A stretch of DNA of 64,000 bases from contig CAMEJM010000009.1 in NCBI GenBank assembly GCA_945920215.1, positions 332 through 64,331 of the forward strand, in the 5' to 3' direction. The notes beneath the pieces are model-generated. The model made no database searches. It was given only the letters and a program-made list of their open reading frames with translations, and had not been told where the DNA came from. Below are positions 44,752-51,859 of this stretch, one piece after another. Source of the DNA: an uncultured bacterium (lineage in GTDB: Bacteria > Bacillota > Clostridia > Oscillospirales > CAG-272). How positions within the stretch are numbered: position 1 is the stretch's first letter; every line of letters starts with the position of its first letter. The position numbers and the translations under genes are program-made.

Positions 44752-45616
44752 CGGGGGTGTGTTTCCCATGCCGCTCGACTTGCGGATGCGAGCGCCGAGC
44801 AGGCGCTATATGGGGCTTTGGGTCGGCTTTGTCACCGTAGCGGTCGCGGCGGCTGCGCTCTTCTGCGAGATGCACATGACGGCAGTCCCCGTGGAGCAGA
44901 CCTTCATGACCGCTGCGGTGATGATCCTGTGCTGTTTTATCATGTATACGTCGATGTTTGACGCGGGACACCAAAGGTCCTGCACCGCGGCGGCATACCG
45001 GGAGAAAGCCGCACAGTATGCGGCAGTCAGGGAAAGGGTGCGGAGCGAGGTCGGTACCGAGGGGCTGGACGGCTTTTGCACCCGCTATATCGCGGAGGAG
45101 CTGCGTGAGGCGCGCGAGAGGATTCTGACGGCGGCGGGCGAAAGTCTTGACGGCTTTGAAGCGTGGCGGGAGGCGGAGAAGCCCCGCGCATATTTGCGTG
45201 CCCTGCCGCGCGAAAAAAGGAGAGCGCTGCGCCGCGCGGCGCGCTTGTCCGCTCTGCGCCTTTCGGCGGGAATGCTGATGAGCGAGGGAGGAAGCGCGCA
45301 CCGACAGGCAATCCCCTCCGTGCGCGGCGCCAGAGTCAAAAGGACGGTGACCGCCTTGCTGCCCACAACAATCGGTTCCCTGATCACGGTTGCCGTGACG
45401 CTGGAGGGAACCGCCATGACCCCCGCCGCCATGATTGCGGGTCTTTTGCGCCTGTTCACCGTGGTGTGGACGGGGGTGCGCGGATATTCCGCAGGCTCCT
45501 ACGCGGTGAGCGAGGACGACGCGGCGGCGCTGGACTGCAAAATCACATTGCTGGGGATGTACTGCGCCGCGGAAGAAAACGGCGCGGCGCCCGAAAAACA
45601 AGGCGCCACGCAATAG
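44732..45616 (+). CDS. membrane protein (2+2 TM with a basic helical loop)
   Basis: 294 aa. GGAGGGAGAG RBS before the ATG at 44732. Confidence 0.5.
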   Translation: MTEQRDDGGVFPMPLDLRMRAPSRRYMGLWVGFVTVAVAAAALFCEMHMTAVPVEQTFMTAAVMILCCFIMYTSMFDAGHQRSCTAAAYREKAAQYAAVRERVRSEVGTEGLDGFCTRYIAEELREARERILTAAGESLDGFEAWREAEKPRAYLRALPREKRRALRRAARLSALRLSAGMLMSEGGSAHRQAIPSVRGARVKRTVTALLPTTIGSLITVAVTLEGTAMTPAAMIAGLLRLFTVVWTGVRGYSAGSYAVSEDDAAALDCKITLLGMYCAAEENGAAPEKQGATQ

Positions 45617-45642
45617 AGTCCGAACGGCAATGCCGGAGCGAT

Positions 45643-45684
45643 GAAAAAGAGGTGATACGCTTGTCGTATCACCTCGATTTTTTA
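45643..45684. terminator. bidirectional rho-independent terminator
   Basis: AAAAAGAGGTGATACG-CTTGT-CGTATCACCTCGATTTTTT, between the convergent structural and early operons. Confidence 0.85.
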
Positions 45685-45694
45685 TGGGAGCCGC

Positions 45695-46000
45695 TCAGGA
45701 GTTCAGAAGTCCCAAATTGCGCGCAATGGTATATTTTGCGCGCCGTTTGTAGCGCTTGTAGGTCGCCGGAGACAGCTCATACAGCGGGCTGTATGTAGCG
45801 CCGCGGCGGCAGGCGATATCCTGCCGCATGGCAACGCGCGCAGGGCGGTCAAGGGCGGGGAGGGAATCATCCAGAGCGGCGTCAATGGTGCCGTTGAGAT
45901 AAGAGTAAAAGTTTCTTGTATCATCGTCCGCGCCGCGGCTTGTGAGAACGCGCTGACGGCGTTCATAGTCCTCGCAGTAGGCGATGACAATGTGTTCCAC
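45695..46000 (-). CDS. small HTH protein, candidate late-gene activator (sigma region-4/RinA-like)
   Basis: 101 aa. C-terminus LSPATYKRYKRRAKYTIARNLGLL resembles a region-4-type HTH. The family assignment is tentative. Confidence 0.4.
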   Translation of the reverse strand: MEHIVIAYCEDYERRQRVLTSRGADDDTRNFYSYLNGTIDAALDDSLPALDRPARVAMRQDIACRRGATYSPLYELSPATYKRYKRRAKYTIARNLGLLNS

Positions 46001-46017
46001 ACTGCGCTCCAGGGCGC

Positions 46018-46320
46018 CTAACCGTCCTCCGCTGCGTCCTCTCCTTCGCGCGGGGTGCGCAGGGGCCAGCGCTTGGCGGCGTTTGCCCGATTGACTTCGG
46101 AGCGGTGGCGGGAGCGATCCAACTCGCTTCCCATGCGCGCCGCGATGAAAGCAAACGCCATCTGTGCGGGCGGGGTCAGGGTGGAGGACGTATCCGCGCC
46201 GTCCGCATAATCGAAAAGAGACATCAGGAGCTGCCCGCGGTCGCTGTCGGAGAGTAGTGCCAGCGAATCGCGGTAAGAGGAGTACAGGCGAAAGCAGCTT
46301 ACATCCTTTGCATGAGACAT
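46018..46320 (-). CDS. small phage-type protein resembling the N-terminal domain of replisome-organiser proteins (DUF4373/DUF6291-like)
   Basis: FRLYSSYRDSLALLSDSDRGQLLMSLFDYADG...AFAFI pattern. Only 100 aa, so no helicase-loader or origin-binding portion is present. Confidence 0.4.
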   Translation of the reverse strand: MSHAKDVSCFRLYSSYRDSLALLSDSDRGQLLMSLFDYADGADTSSTLTPPAQMAFAFIAARMGSELDRSRHRSEVNRANAAKRWPLRTPREGEDAAEDG

Positions 46321-46601
46321 AGGGTTTCGCTCATCTCCTTCTGAAGGGCACGCAGCTCTTCTCCGTACCCGTCGATCTCGCCGAGAGCGGCTTTCGCTTC
46401 TCCCAAAAGGACCTCCAGCAGCTCCTCCGTGCGGCAATCCTCTGTGTGATGGTTGAGCGCGTCTCTTGCGGCTTCCAATGCCGCATAACGCTCATGTGCG
46501 GCTGTAATACCACGCCCCACGCGGTTGATTTCGGTGCGGATGTCGCAGGGGTCTCGCCAAATAATCGGCTCATCCGCGCCTTTTTCGACATAATGCAACA
46601 T
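46299..46601 (-). CDS. hypothetical early protein
   Basis: 100 aa, helical. It is the first gene of the leftward operon opposite the CI-like repressor. Confidence 0.4.
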   Translation of the reverse strand: MLHYVEKGADEPIIWRDPCDIRTEINRVGRGITAAHERYAALEAARDALNHHTEDCRTEELLEVLLGEAKAALGEIDGYGEELRALQKEMSETLCLMQRM

Positions 46602-46822
46602 TTTTTGTTCCTTTCAAATTGTATAATCAAAATGCACAATCCGCATATTGGTGGAGAACCCAACAGGCAGATTAGGGTTTACACACAGCAGGGGGCGATG
46701 CCGTGCGACAGCCCGGTAACGGCGAGTGTCGGGCGCCTGACCGGTATATTTATGGTATCACTATATGAAGTAACCTGTCAAGTTACTTTATCGCTAAAAA
46801 ATGAAGAAATCTGTTGAAATAA

Positions 46823-46851
46823 TTGACAAAGTGTAGTAGAATATACATAAT
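46823..46851 (+). promoter_or_regulatory. sigma-A promoter of the CI-like repressor (TTGACA-N17-CATAAT)
   Basis: Hexamers at 46823-46828 and 46846-46851, in a 260-bp AT-rich divergent region. Confidence 0.6.
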
Positions 46852-46863
46852 GTAACTTTTAAG

Positions 46864-47439
46864 GTGACTGAAATGATATTTGGTGAGAATCTAAAACGAC
46901 TGCGAAAAGACAAAGGGATGACGCAGGAAACCCTGGCGGAACTGGTCGGAACGAAAAAACAGACCATACAGCGATATGAATGCGGCGTGATTCAGTGCCC
47001 GCCGTACGACAGAATTGAGGCGCTCGCCATGGCGCTTGCCACCACGCCCGCGAACCTGATGGGGTGGGAGGAGGACGCGCCTCTCGCCGCGCCTGTGACG
47101 GAGCAGGGGGGCGTGCTGGAGGAGCCGAGCGCGGTGTGCAAGGAAGAAAAAGAATCCGTTATCGTTGCGCCGGACGATACCATGCTGTATGCGCGTATCG
47201 GCGTGGGCGACCGCGTTTTGTTCCGCGAGGACGGAATTGTCAAACACGGCGGACTCGGAGTGGTGGAACTGGACGGCGAGCGCATGATACGCCGCGTATG
47301 GTTTGACCGGCAGCATGATGCCGTTCTGCTGACCGCGGAGGGGGCGCAGCTTTGGGAGCCGCTGATCCTCAACGGAGAGGAGAGGGAGAGGCTGCACATT
47401 CTCGGCGCCGTTGCTTCGGTGATCATTTCTTTCCTTTGA
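46864..47439 (+). CDS. CI/LexA-like repressor: XRE HTH plus S24-peptidase-like domain with substituted catalytic dyad
   Basis: N-terminus NLKRLRKDKGMTQETLAELVGTKKQTIQRYE. In the C-terminal S24-like fold, DDTM replaces the usual GDSM and MIRRV replaces the usual VKRL (my alignment by eye). Confidence 0.75.
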   Translation: MTEMIFGENLKRLRKDKGMTQETLAELVGTKKQTIQRYECGVIQCPPYDRIEALAMALATTPANLMGWEEDAPLAAPVTEQGGVLEEPSAVCKEEKESVIVAPDDTMLYARIGVGDRVLFREDGIVKHGGLGVVELDGERMIRRVWFDRQHDAVLLTAEGAQLWEPLILNGEERERLHILGAVASVIISFL

Positions 47440-47452
47440 GCAGAATGCAAGC

Positions 47453-47480
47453 AAAAAACCGCCTCGGAAAGGCGGTTTTG
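47453..47480. terminator. bidirectional rho-independent terminator
   Basis: AAAAAACCGCC-TCGGAAA-GGCGGTTTTG. Confidence 0.8.
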
Positions 47481-47520
47481 CTATGACGGGCGCGGGTTTC
47501 CCCGCGGCTGTGTTTGCGGA

Positions 47521-48057
47521 TCATTTTGCGAGTGCCAACTGGTTTTCGATAAAGGGCAGGACTTCGTCCGGCGCGATGCACATGGCTGCGGCAATCTCGC
47601 CGAACAGGATGCGCTCCGCTTTCTTGAGCACGTTTTCGTCCGCCATCAGATTCTTTTTTCCGCGGTTGGCAAGCTCCTGCTTATGCAGGTAAATGTTGCG
47701 CGTGAGCTGCAAAAGGTCTCCGGTTCTGGAATCCGAAAGGATCTTCTGAAAGTGGTTGCTGCGTGCGTGGTTGTCGGCAATCCAGACGGGCTTTGTCCCG
47801 GGCAGGGAGCGAATCAGAGAGCGGATCTCCTCGGGCGGCAACAGCGGGCGCATCCGGGACACGAGCTGTTCACTATCTGTCGGCACGAATACATGGGAGG
47901 CGGAGCCGACGGGCTTCAGGACATAATACAGGCGTTTTTCACCGGAAAAATCTTCTTCCCGGATATCGGTAATGTTGCATACGCCGTTGGAAGCATACAT
48001 CACCTGAGAGCCGATTTCGTACACAACACACCCTCCTGTTCGCATTGCTGTTTTCAT
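47521..48057 (-). CDS. CarD/CdnL-family RNA-polymerase-binding transcription regulator
   Basis: YEIGSQVMYASNGVCNITDIREEDFSGEKRLYYVL.P.......FVP matches the CarD_CdnL_TRCF N-domain. The C-terminal domain is helical. Confidence 0.8.
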   Translation of the reverse strand: MKTAMRTGGCVVYEIGSQVMYASNGVCNITDIREEDFSGEKRLYYVLKPVGSASHVFVPTDSEQLVSRMRPLLPPEEIRSLIRSLPGTKPVWIADNHARSNHFQKILSDSRTGDLLQLTRNIYLHKQELANRGKKNLMADENVLKKAERILFGEIAAAMCIAPDEVLPFIENQLALAK

Positions 48058-48191
48058 TAACTATATATATTATAGCAGAAAAAACGCAAAAAAGTCAAAG
48101 CAAAAATTTTTGTCTGAAAAAACTTTGTTTTACGCCTTGACAAAGCAGGGGCGGTATGCTATGATAATGGGGCTTGATTGCATTACTATAT

Positions 48192-48278
48192 GCGGGTGTG
48201 GCGGAATTGGCAGACGCGTAAGATTCAGGTTCTTATGGTCGCAAGGCTGTGCAGGTTCAAGTCCTGTCACCCGCACCA
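48192..48278 (+). tRNA. tRNA-Leu (anticodon CAG), CCA encoded
   Basis: GCGGGTG acceptor pairs with CACCCGC. Anticodon stem TAAGA/TCTTA with loop TTCAGGT. Long variable arm GGTCGCAAGGCTGT. T-arm GCAGG TTCAAGT CCTGT. Ends in ACCA. Confidence 0.9.
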
Positions 48279-48280
48279 AT

Positions 48281-48319
48281 AACAAAAGAAACGATGCCTT
48301 GTGCATCGTTTCTTTTGTT
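48281..48319 (+). terminator. terminator hairpin after the tRNA
   Basis: Perfect 17-bp stem AACAAAAGAAACGATGC / GCATCGTTTCTTTTGTT. Confidence 0.75.
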
Positions 48320-49135
48320 ATGCGGGGACAGGACTTGAAGGACGAGCTGTACAGAGCAACCTTCCGGTTCCAGTCAAACAGAAGGCATACAGTTGCCCCC
48401 GCGGTGGCAACTGCTAAGGCAAACAACGCAATTTGAGATGATTCCGGGAGTCCGGGGTTTGCCGGACAGCAGAGCGACCAAGGCGAAAGTTTTGCAACGC
48501 AAAACTGATAAGACAAGTTGCCGTCAGGCAATCTTGCGTAGTTCGCGCCACGGTTCCCCGACGGCTCGAAAATGCGGTCAGAATGCGCGCTCGGCGGCGC
48601 TCGCTTCATTTCCCCCGTTTTCTTCGTGGGGCTTCCTTTTCATATGTACAAAAAACACGAGTTTGAACAAACCCGTGTTTTTTTATCAAAGCCGACGTCA
48701 GAAGCCTTGGTACGGCATCGCGCCTTTGGCGTAATCGGGAGACGAATTTGGATGGGCTATCAATTATTTGTTCTGATGATTCTCTTTGTTCTGTTCATCC
48801 GAAGCGGCGGGGCGGCTTCTGTGAATTTTGATCAACAAATAGACGGCTGCCGCCAAGGTCAGGGCGCAGAGGGTAATCCCGAATGTTTTTCCGACGGTCC
48901 TCGGGCTTTTTACGGCGCACAGGATTCCGAGAAAAAAATTGCCGCGCACAGGACGGTCACGAGGAGATACCTCGCCCACTTACTTGGGTGCTTTCGGGTT
49001 GTTTATAAAATCGGCGATAAAGGGTTCCATACGTTTCTCCTCAAATGCAAGGGCGGTAAAGCGTCCTTGTTTCTATATATCCTGATCCAAAATATCTGCT
49101 CGCCCGGCTTTCGATTGCAGGCGGGCATGGCGCCG

Positions 49136-50002
49136 TTATACGGGGATGAGCATGGCGAGGGTGCCGGCGACGATCAGCACCAGTCCCGCGGCGGCTTTTT
49201 TGGAAAGCTTCTCATGGAACACGAAGAAGGAAAAGGCGACGGTCACCAGGATACTCAGCTTATCGATGGGCACCACCGCGCTGGCGGGACCCATTTGCAA
49301 CGCTTTGTAATAGCAGAGCCATGACGCGCCGGTGGCAAGCCCGGAGAGGCAGATAAAGCCGAGTTCTCCTTTCGGAATGCCGCGCAGTCCATGCTGCGCT
49401 CCCGTGGCAAAGACGACCACCCATGCCATGACAAGCACCACGCAGGTACGGATGGCGGTGCCGAGATTTGACTCCACCCCCGCAATGCCCACTTTGCCGA
49501 GAATTGCGGAGAGACTGGCGAACACCGCGGAGAGAATCGCGTACAGGAGCCATGTGCGGCGGGAGGCTTGCGCCTCCCCCGCGTCTTTTTTCTGTATCAT
49601 CAGATAAGTGCCTGCGGCAATGGCGACCACTGCGATCGCTTTGACCCATGTGATCCCCTCGCGGAGAAAGATCAGCGCCAGCAGAATGGTCAGGACGGTG
49701 CTGGACTTATCGACCGGCACCACCCGGTTAATGTCTCCCGTCTGAATCGCGCGGAAATAACAGAGCCACGACGCGCCGGTGGCAAGCCCGGAGAGGATCA
49801 GGAACACCCATGTTCTTGCGCTGATCTGGGTGATCGTACCCGCGGAGCCGGCAATCAGCACCATCACCCATGAAAACAGCAGAACCACGACGGTACGGAT
49901 GGCGGTGGCGACATTGGAATCGGTTTTCCGAATGCCGCATTTGGCGAGCACGGACGTGACCCCCGCGAACAGGGCGGAGCCGAACGCGAATAGAATCCAC
50001 AC
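49136..50002 (-). CDS. EamA/DMT-family transporter
   Basis: 288 aa. Two EamA repeats, each ending in ...SGLATGASWLCY..A...G....V.P.DK.S. Confidence 0.85.
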   Translation of the reverse strand: MWILFAFGSALFAGVTSVLAKCGIRKTDSNVATAIRTVVVLLFSWVMVLIAGSAGTITQISARTWVFLILSGLATGASWLCYFRAIQTGDINRVVPVDKSSTVLTILLALIFLREGITWVKAIAVVAIAAGTYLMIQKKDAGEAQASRRTWLLYAILSAVFASLSAILGKVGIAGVESNLGTAIRTCVVLVMAWVVVFATGAQHGLRGIPKGELGFICLSGLATGASWLCYYKALQMGPASAVVPIDKLSILVTVAFSFFVFHEKLSKKAAAGLVLIVAGTLAMLIPV

Positions 50003-50124
50003 GGTTTTTATCCTCTCGAAGAAATTACTTTACAGAACTTTCTTAATGTTTTTGACTTGCGGGTTTTCAGCCGGCGACAGCCATCCCGTTTTCAGGCGCC
50101 CGCTGCGATGACAAGCGGCCCCGC

Positions 50125-50583
50125 TCAGCGTTTATCGCTCTCCCGCGTTCCCCACGGCGGCGGAAGAGTGCCGTCTCCTCCCATCAGGGCGGTCATCTCC
50201 TCGATGCGCTCGAGAGGGAAAGGCGGTGAGGTCAGCGGCTTCATGGCGATGCTCATCAGCTTCATGGGGTTATCGTCGGCGGCGACGCGATTGGAGCTGA
50301 TTTGTCCGCAGCGGCGGCAACGGTGGAGGATCGCCCACTCGCCGCCCTTGCGCACCCATACCCCGATGGGCTCCATCACACCGCCGCAATCGGCGGCGCA
50401 GTCCCCCGGCTCCACGTCGACATGGAGACTGCACAGGCAGTTCGGGCAGTGGTTGCGGTGTTCGGTGCCTGCCCCCTGCGGCGCGACGGGGCGGTCGCAG
50501 ACCCGGCAGATAAAGCTTTCATGGCAGGCGTGCGTTTGATAATATCCTTTTTGGAATTGTTTGCGTTTATTTTCTCTGTTCAT
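50125..50583 (-). CDS. RNHCP domain protein
   Basis: EHRNHCPNCLCSLHVD plus additional Cys pairs. AAGGAG RBS before MNRENK at 50583. Confidence 0.75.
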   Translation of the reverse strand: MNRENKRKQFQKGYYQTHACHESFICRVCDRPVAPQGAGTEHRNHCPNCLCSLHVDVEPGDCAADCGGVMEPIGVWVRKGGEWAILHRCRRCGQISSNRVAADDNPMKLMSIAMKPLTSPPFPLERIEEMTALMGGDGTLPPPWGTRESDKR

Positions 50584-51090
50584 ATCGGACTCCTTAAAAA
50601 AACGGTAAGATCTTGCCAAACGTTTTCGGGAGCCTGACTTTGCTGTCATGCGCGGAAACTTTCTTGTACGGGGCGCCGCAAAAGAGGCGGGCGCCGGGGC
50701 GCCGTAGGAAGCGCCCGAAGACAAAGAGAGCGGCAGGCAACCCGCCCGGATGCCTGCCGCAATACCGCGCAAACGGCGCGGGTGTTTTCGGAATGTCGGC
50801 ACGCGTTGGACGGGCACTGCAAAAACGCCTCGCGCGGGCGAAGCTTTTTTTGCGGTTTTGCCTCTCGGAGAAGCAGAGTCAGGCTCTGACCTCTCTTTTA
50901 CGAAACGACATCCATTGTCTCCTGTCTTTCAGATAAGACGATAGTACTCCTTTTCACGGAAAAAGTCAAGCGGCGCGCGGTTGCTTGAAAATACGTTGTG
51001 CAAACATCACAAAAACGGTTTTCTGATTTAATGCAAAACGCATTGAAAAAGAGAAATCTATAAAAAAATATCGATTTTGAAAAATAACTA

Positions 51091-51119
51091 TTTCAAAGTA
51101 AGAATTTTTCTGCTATAAT
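51091..51119 (+). promoter_or_regulatory. sigma-A promoter of rex (TTTCAA-N17-TATAAT)
   Basis: The -10 lies at 51114-51119, only 5 nt before the ORF-track start. The real rex start must therefore lie downstream. Confidence 0.6.
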
Positions 51120-51153
51120 AGGAATGAAAGCCGGGAAAGGGACGGTCAGCGAT

Positions 51154-51828
51154 ATGGAACATCATATGTCGATACAAACCCTGAAGCGCCTGCCCATCTA
51201 TCTGACGCTGCTTAAAGAGAAGCAACAGAGTGGGACGGTGAATATCTCCGCCGGCGCGATCGCGCAGGAGCTGGGGTTGGTGGAAATACAGGTGCGCAAA
51301 GACCTTGCCTGCGTGAGCAACGGCGGCAAACCCCGCGTGGGGTATGTGCTGGACGCGCTGGTCAGAGACATCGAGCACGCGCTGGGATATGACAACGCCC
51401 GCGACGCCGTCTTGGTCGGCGCCGGAAAGCTGGGAAAAGCCTTGCTTTCCTACGGCGGGTTCCGTGAATACGGGCTGAATATCGTGGCTGCCTTTGACAT
51501 TGACGAGCGGCGCTGCGGGACCGACGAGAGCGGCAAGCGCATTCTCCCCATGGAGGACATGAAAGAGCTGTGCGAGCGCATGAGCATCAAAATCGGGATC
51601 ATCACCGTGCCTGCCGTCTGCGCGCAGCAGGTGTGCGACAAGCTGGTGGACGCGGGCGTGATTGCCCTCTGGAACTTCGCTCCCACGCACCTGAAAGCCC
51701 CCGACAATATCATGATCAAAAGCGAAAACATGGCGGGCTCGCTGGCGCAGCTTTCCAGACACCTTGACGAGAAGCTGCACGCTCAAGAGCCTCATGTACC
51801 GGCCGACAAAACGATACAATATAATTAA
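51154..51828 (+). CDS. rex: redox-sensing transcriptional repressor Rex
   Basis: KRLP.YL..L......G....S...A..LG.....VRKDL...G..G.PRVGY. Rossmann motif VLVGAGKLG. The start could be 51154 or 51166. Confidence 0.9.
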   Translation: MEHHMSIQTLKRLPIYLTLLKEKQQSGTVNISAGAIAQELGLVEIQVRKDLACVSNGGKPRVGYVLDALVRDIEHALGYDNARDAVLVGAGKLGKALLSYGGFREYGLNIVAAFDIDERRCGTDESGKRILPMEDMKELCERMSIKIGIITVPAVCAQQVCDKLVDAGVIALWNFAPTHLKAPDNIMIKSENMAGSLAQLSRHLDEKLHAQEPHVPADKTIQYN

Positions 51829-51859
51829 AATAAAAGTAACACAGCAAGGAGACAAACAC

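Larger units (their letters stand above)
32944..47439. mobile_element. phage-derived island: packaging/capsid/podovirus-like morphogenesis module bracketed by two repressors; no integrase, replication, lysis or tape-measure gene recognised
   Basis: Gene order is XRE <- | -> terS, terL, portal, scaffold-like, decoration-like, capsid, adaptor-like, 933-aa structural protein, 3 membrane proteins | <- 3 small early-type genes | -> CI-like repressor. The boundaries are my estimate. No att repeats were identified by eye. Confidence 0.6.

Noticed and set aside
48192-48278. tRNA-Leu as the attachment site of the phage-like island.
   Set aside because: A core-looking CarD gene and a bidirectional terminator separate the island's last gene (47439) from the tRNA (48192). 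No integrase is present. I saw no copy of the tRNA 3' end at the left boundary, though I could only check this by eye.
48764-49030. Small minus-strand ORF. A 16-codon ORF with a good RBS (GAGGAGAAACGT-ATG at 49030) is followed in frame, after a single TAA (48980-48982), by a 71-aa GTG-started ORF with one TM helix.
   Set aside because: It could be a pseudogene, a readthrough candidate or two unrelated ORFs. There is no recognisable family, and the evidence is too thin to call a feature.
50584-50950. Long leader upstream of the RNHCP gene. It has several GC hairpins (for example GCGGCAGGCA...TGCCTGCCGC) and a 10-codon uORF (MSFRKREVRA) behind AGGAGA.
   Set aside because: No match to a known leader-peptide or riboswitch class. 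The hairpins are unremarkable in GC-rich DNA. This would need conservation data.
50996-51012. Candidate Rex operator TTGTGCAAACATCACAA upstream of rex.
   Set aside because: The half-sites TTGTG/CACAA are present, but the spacer is 7 nt. The consensus I remember (TTGTGAA-N4-TTCACAA) implies 8 nt. It is plausible but not supportable without a position-weight-matrix scan. No better site was seen directly upstream of adhE.
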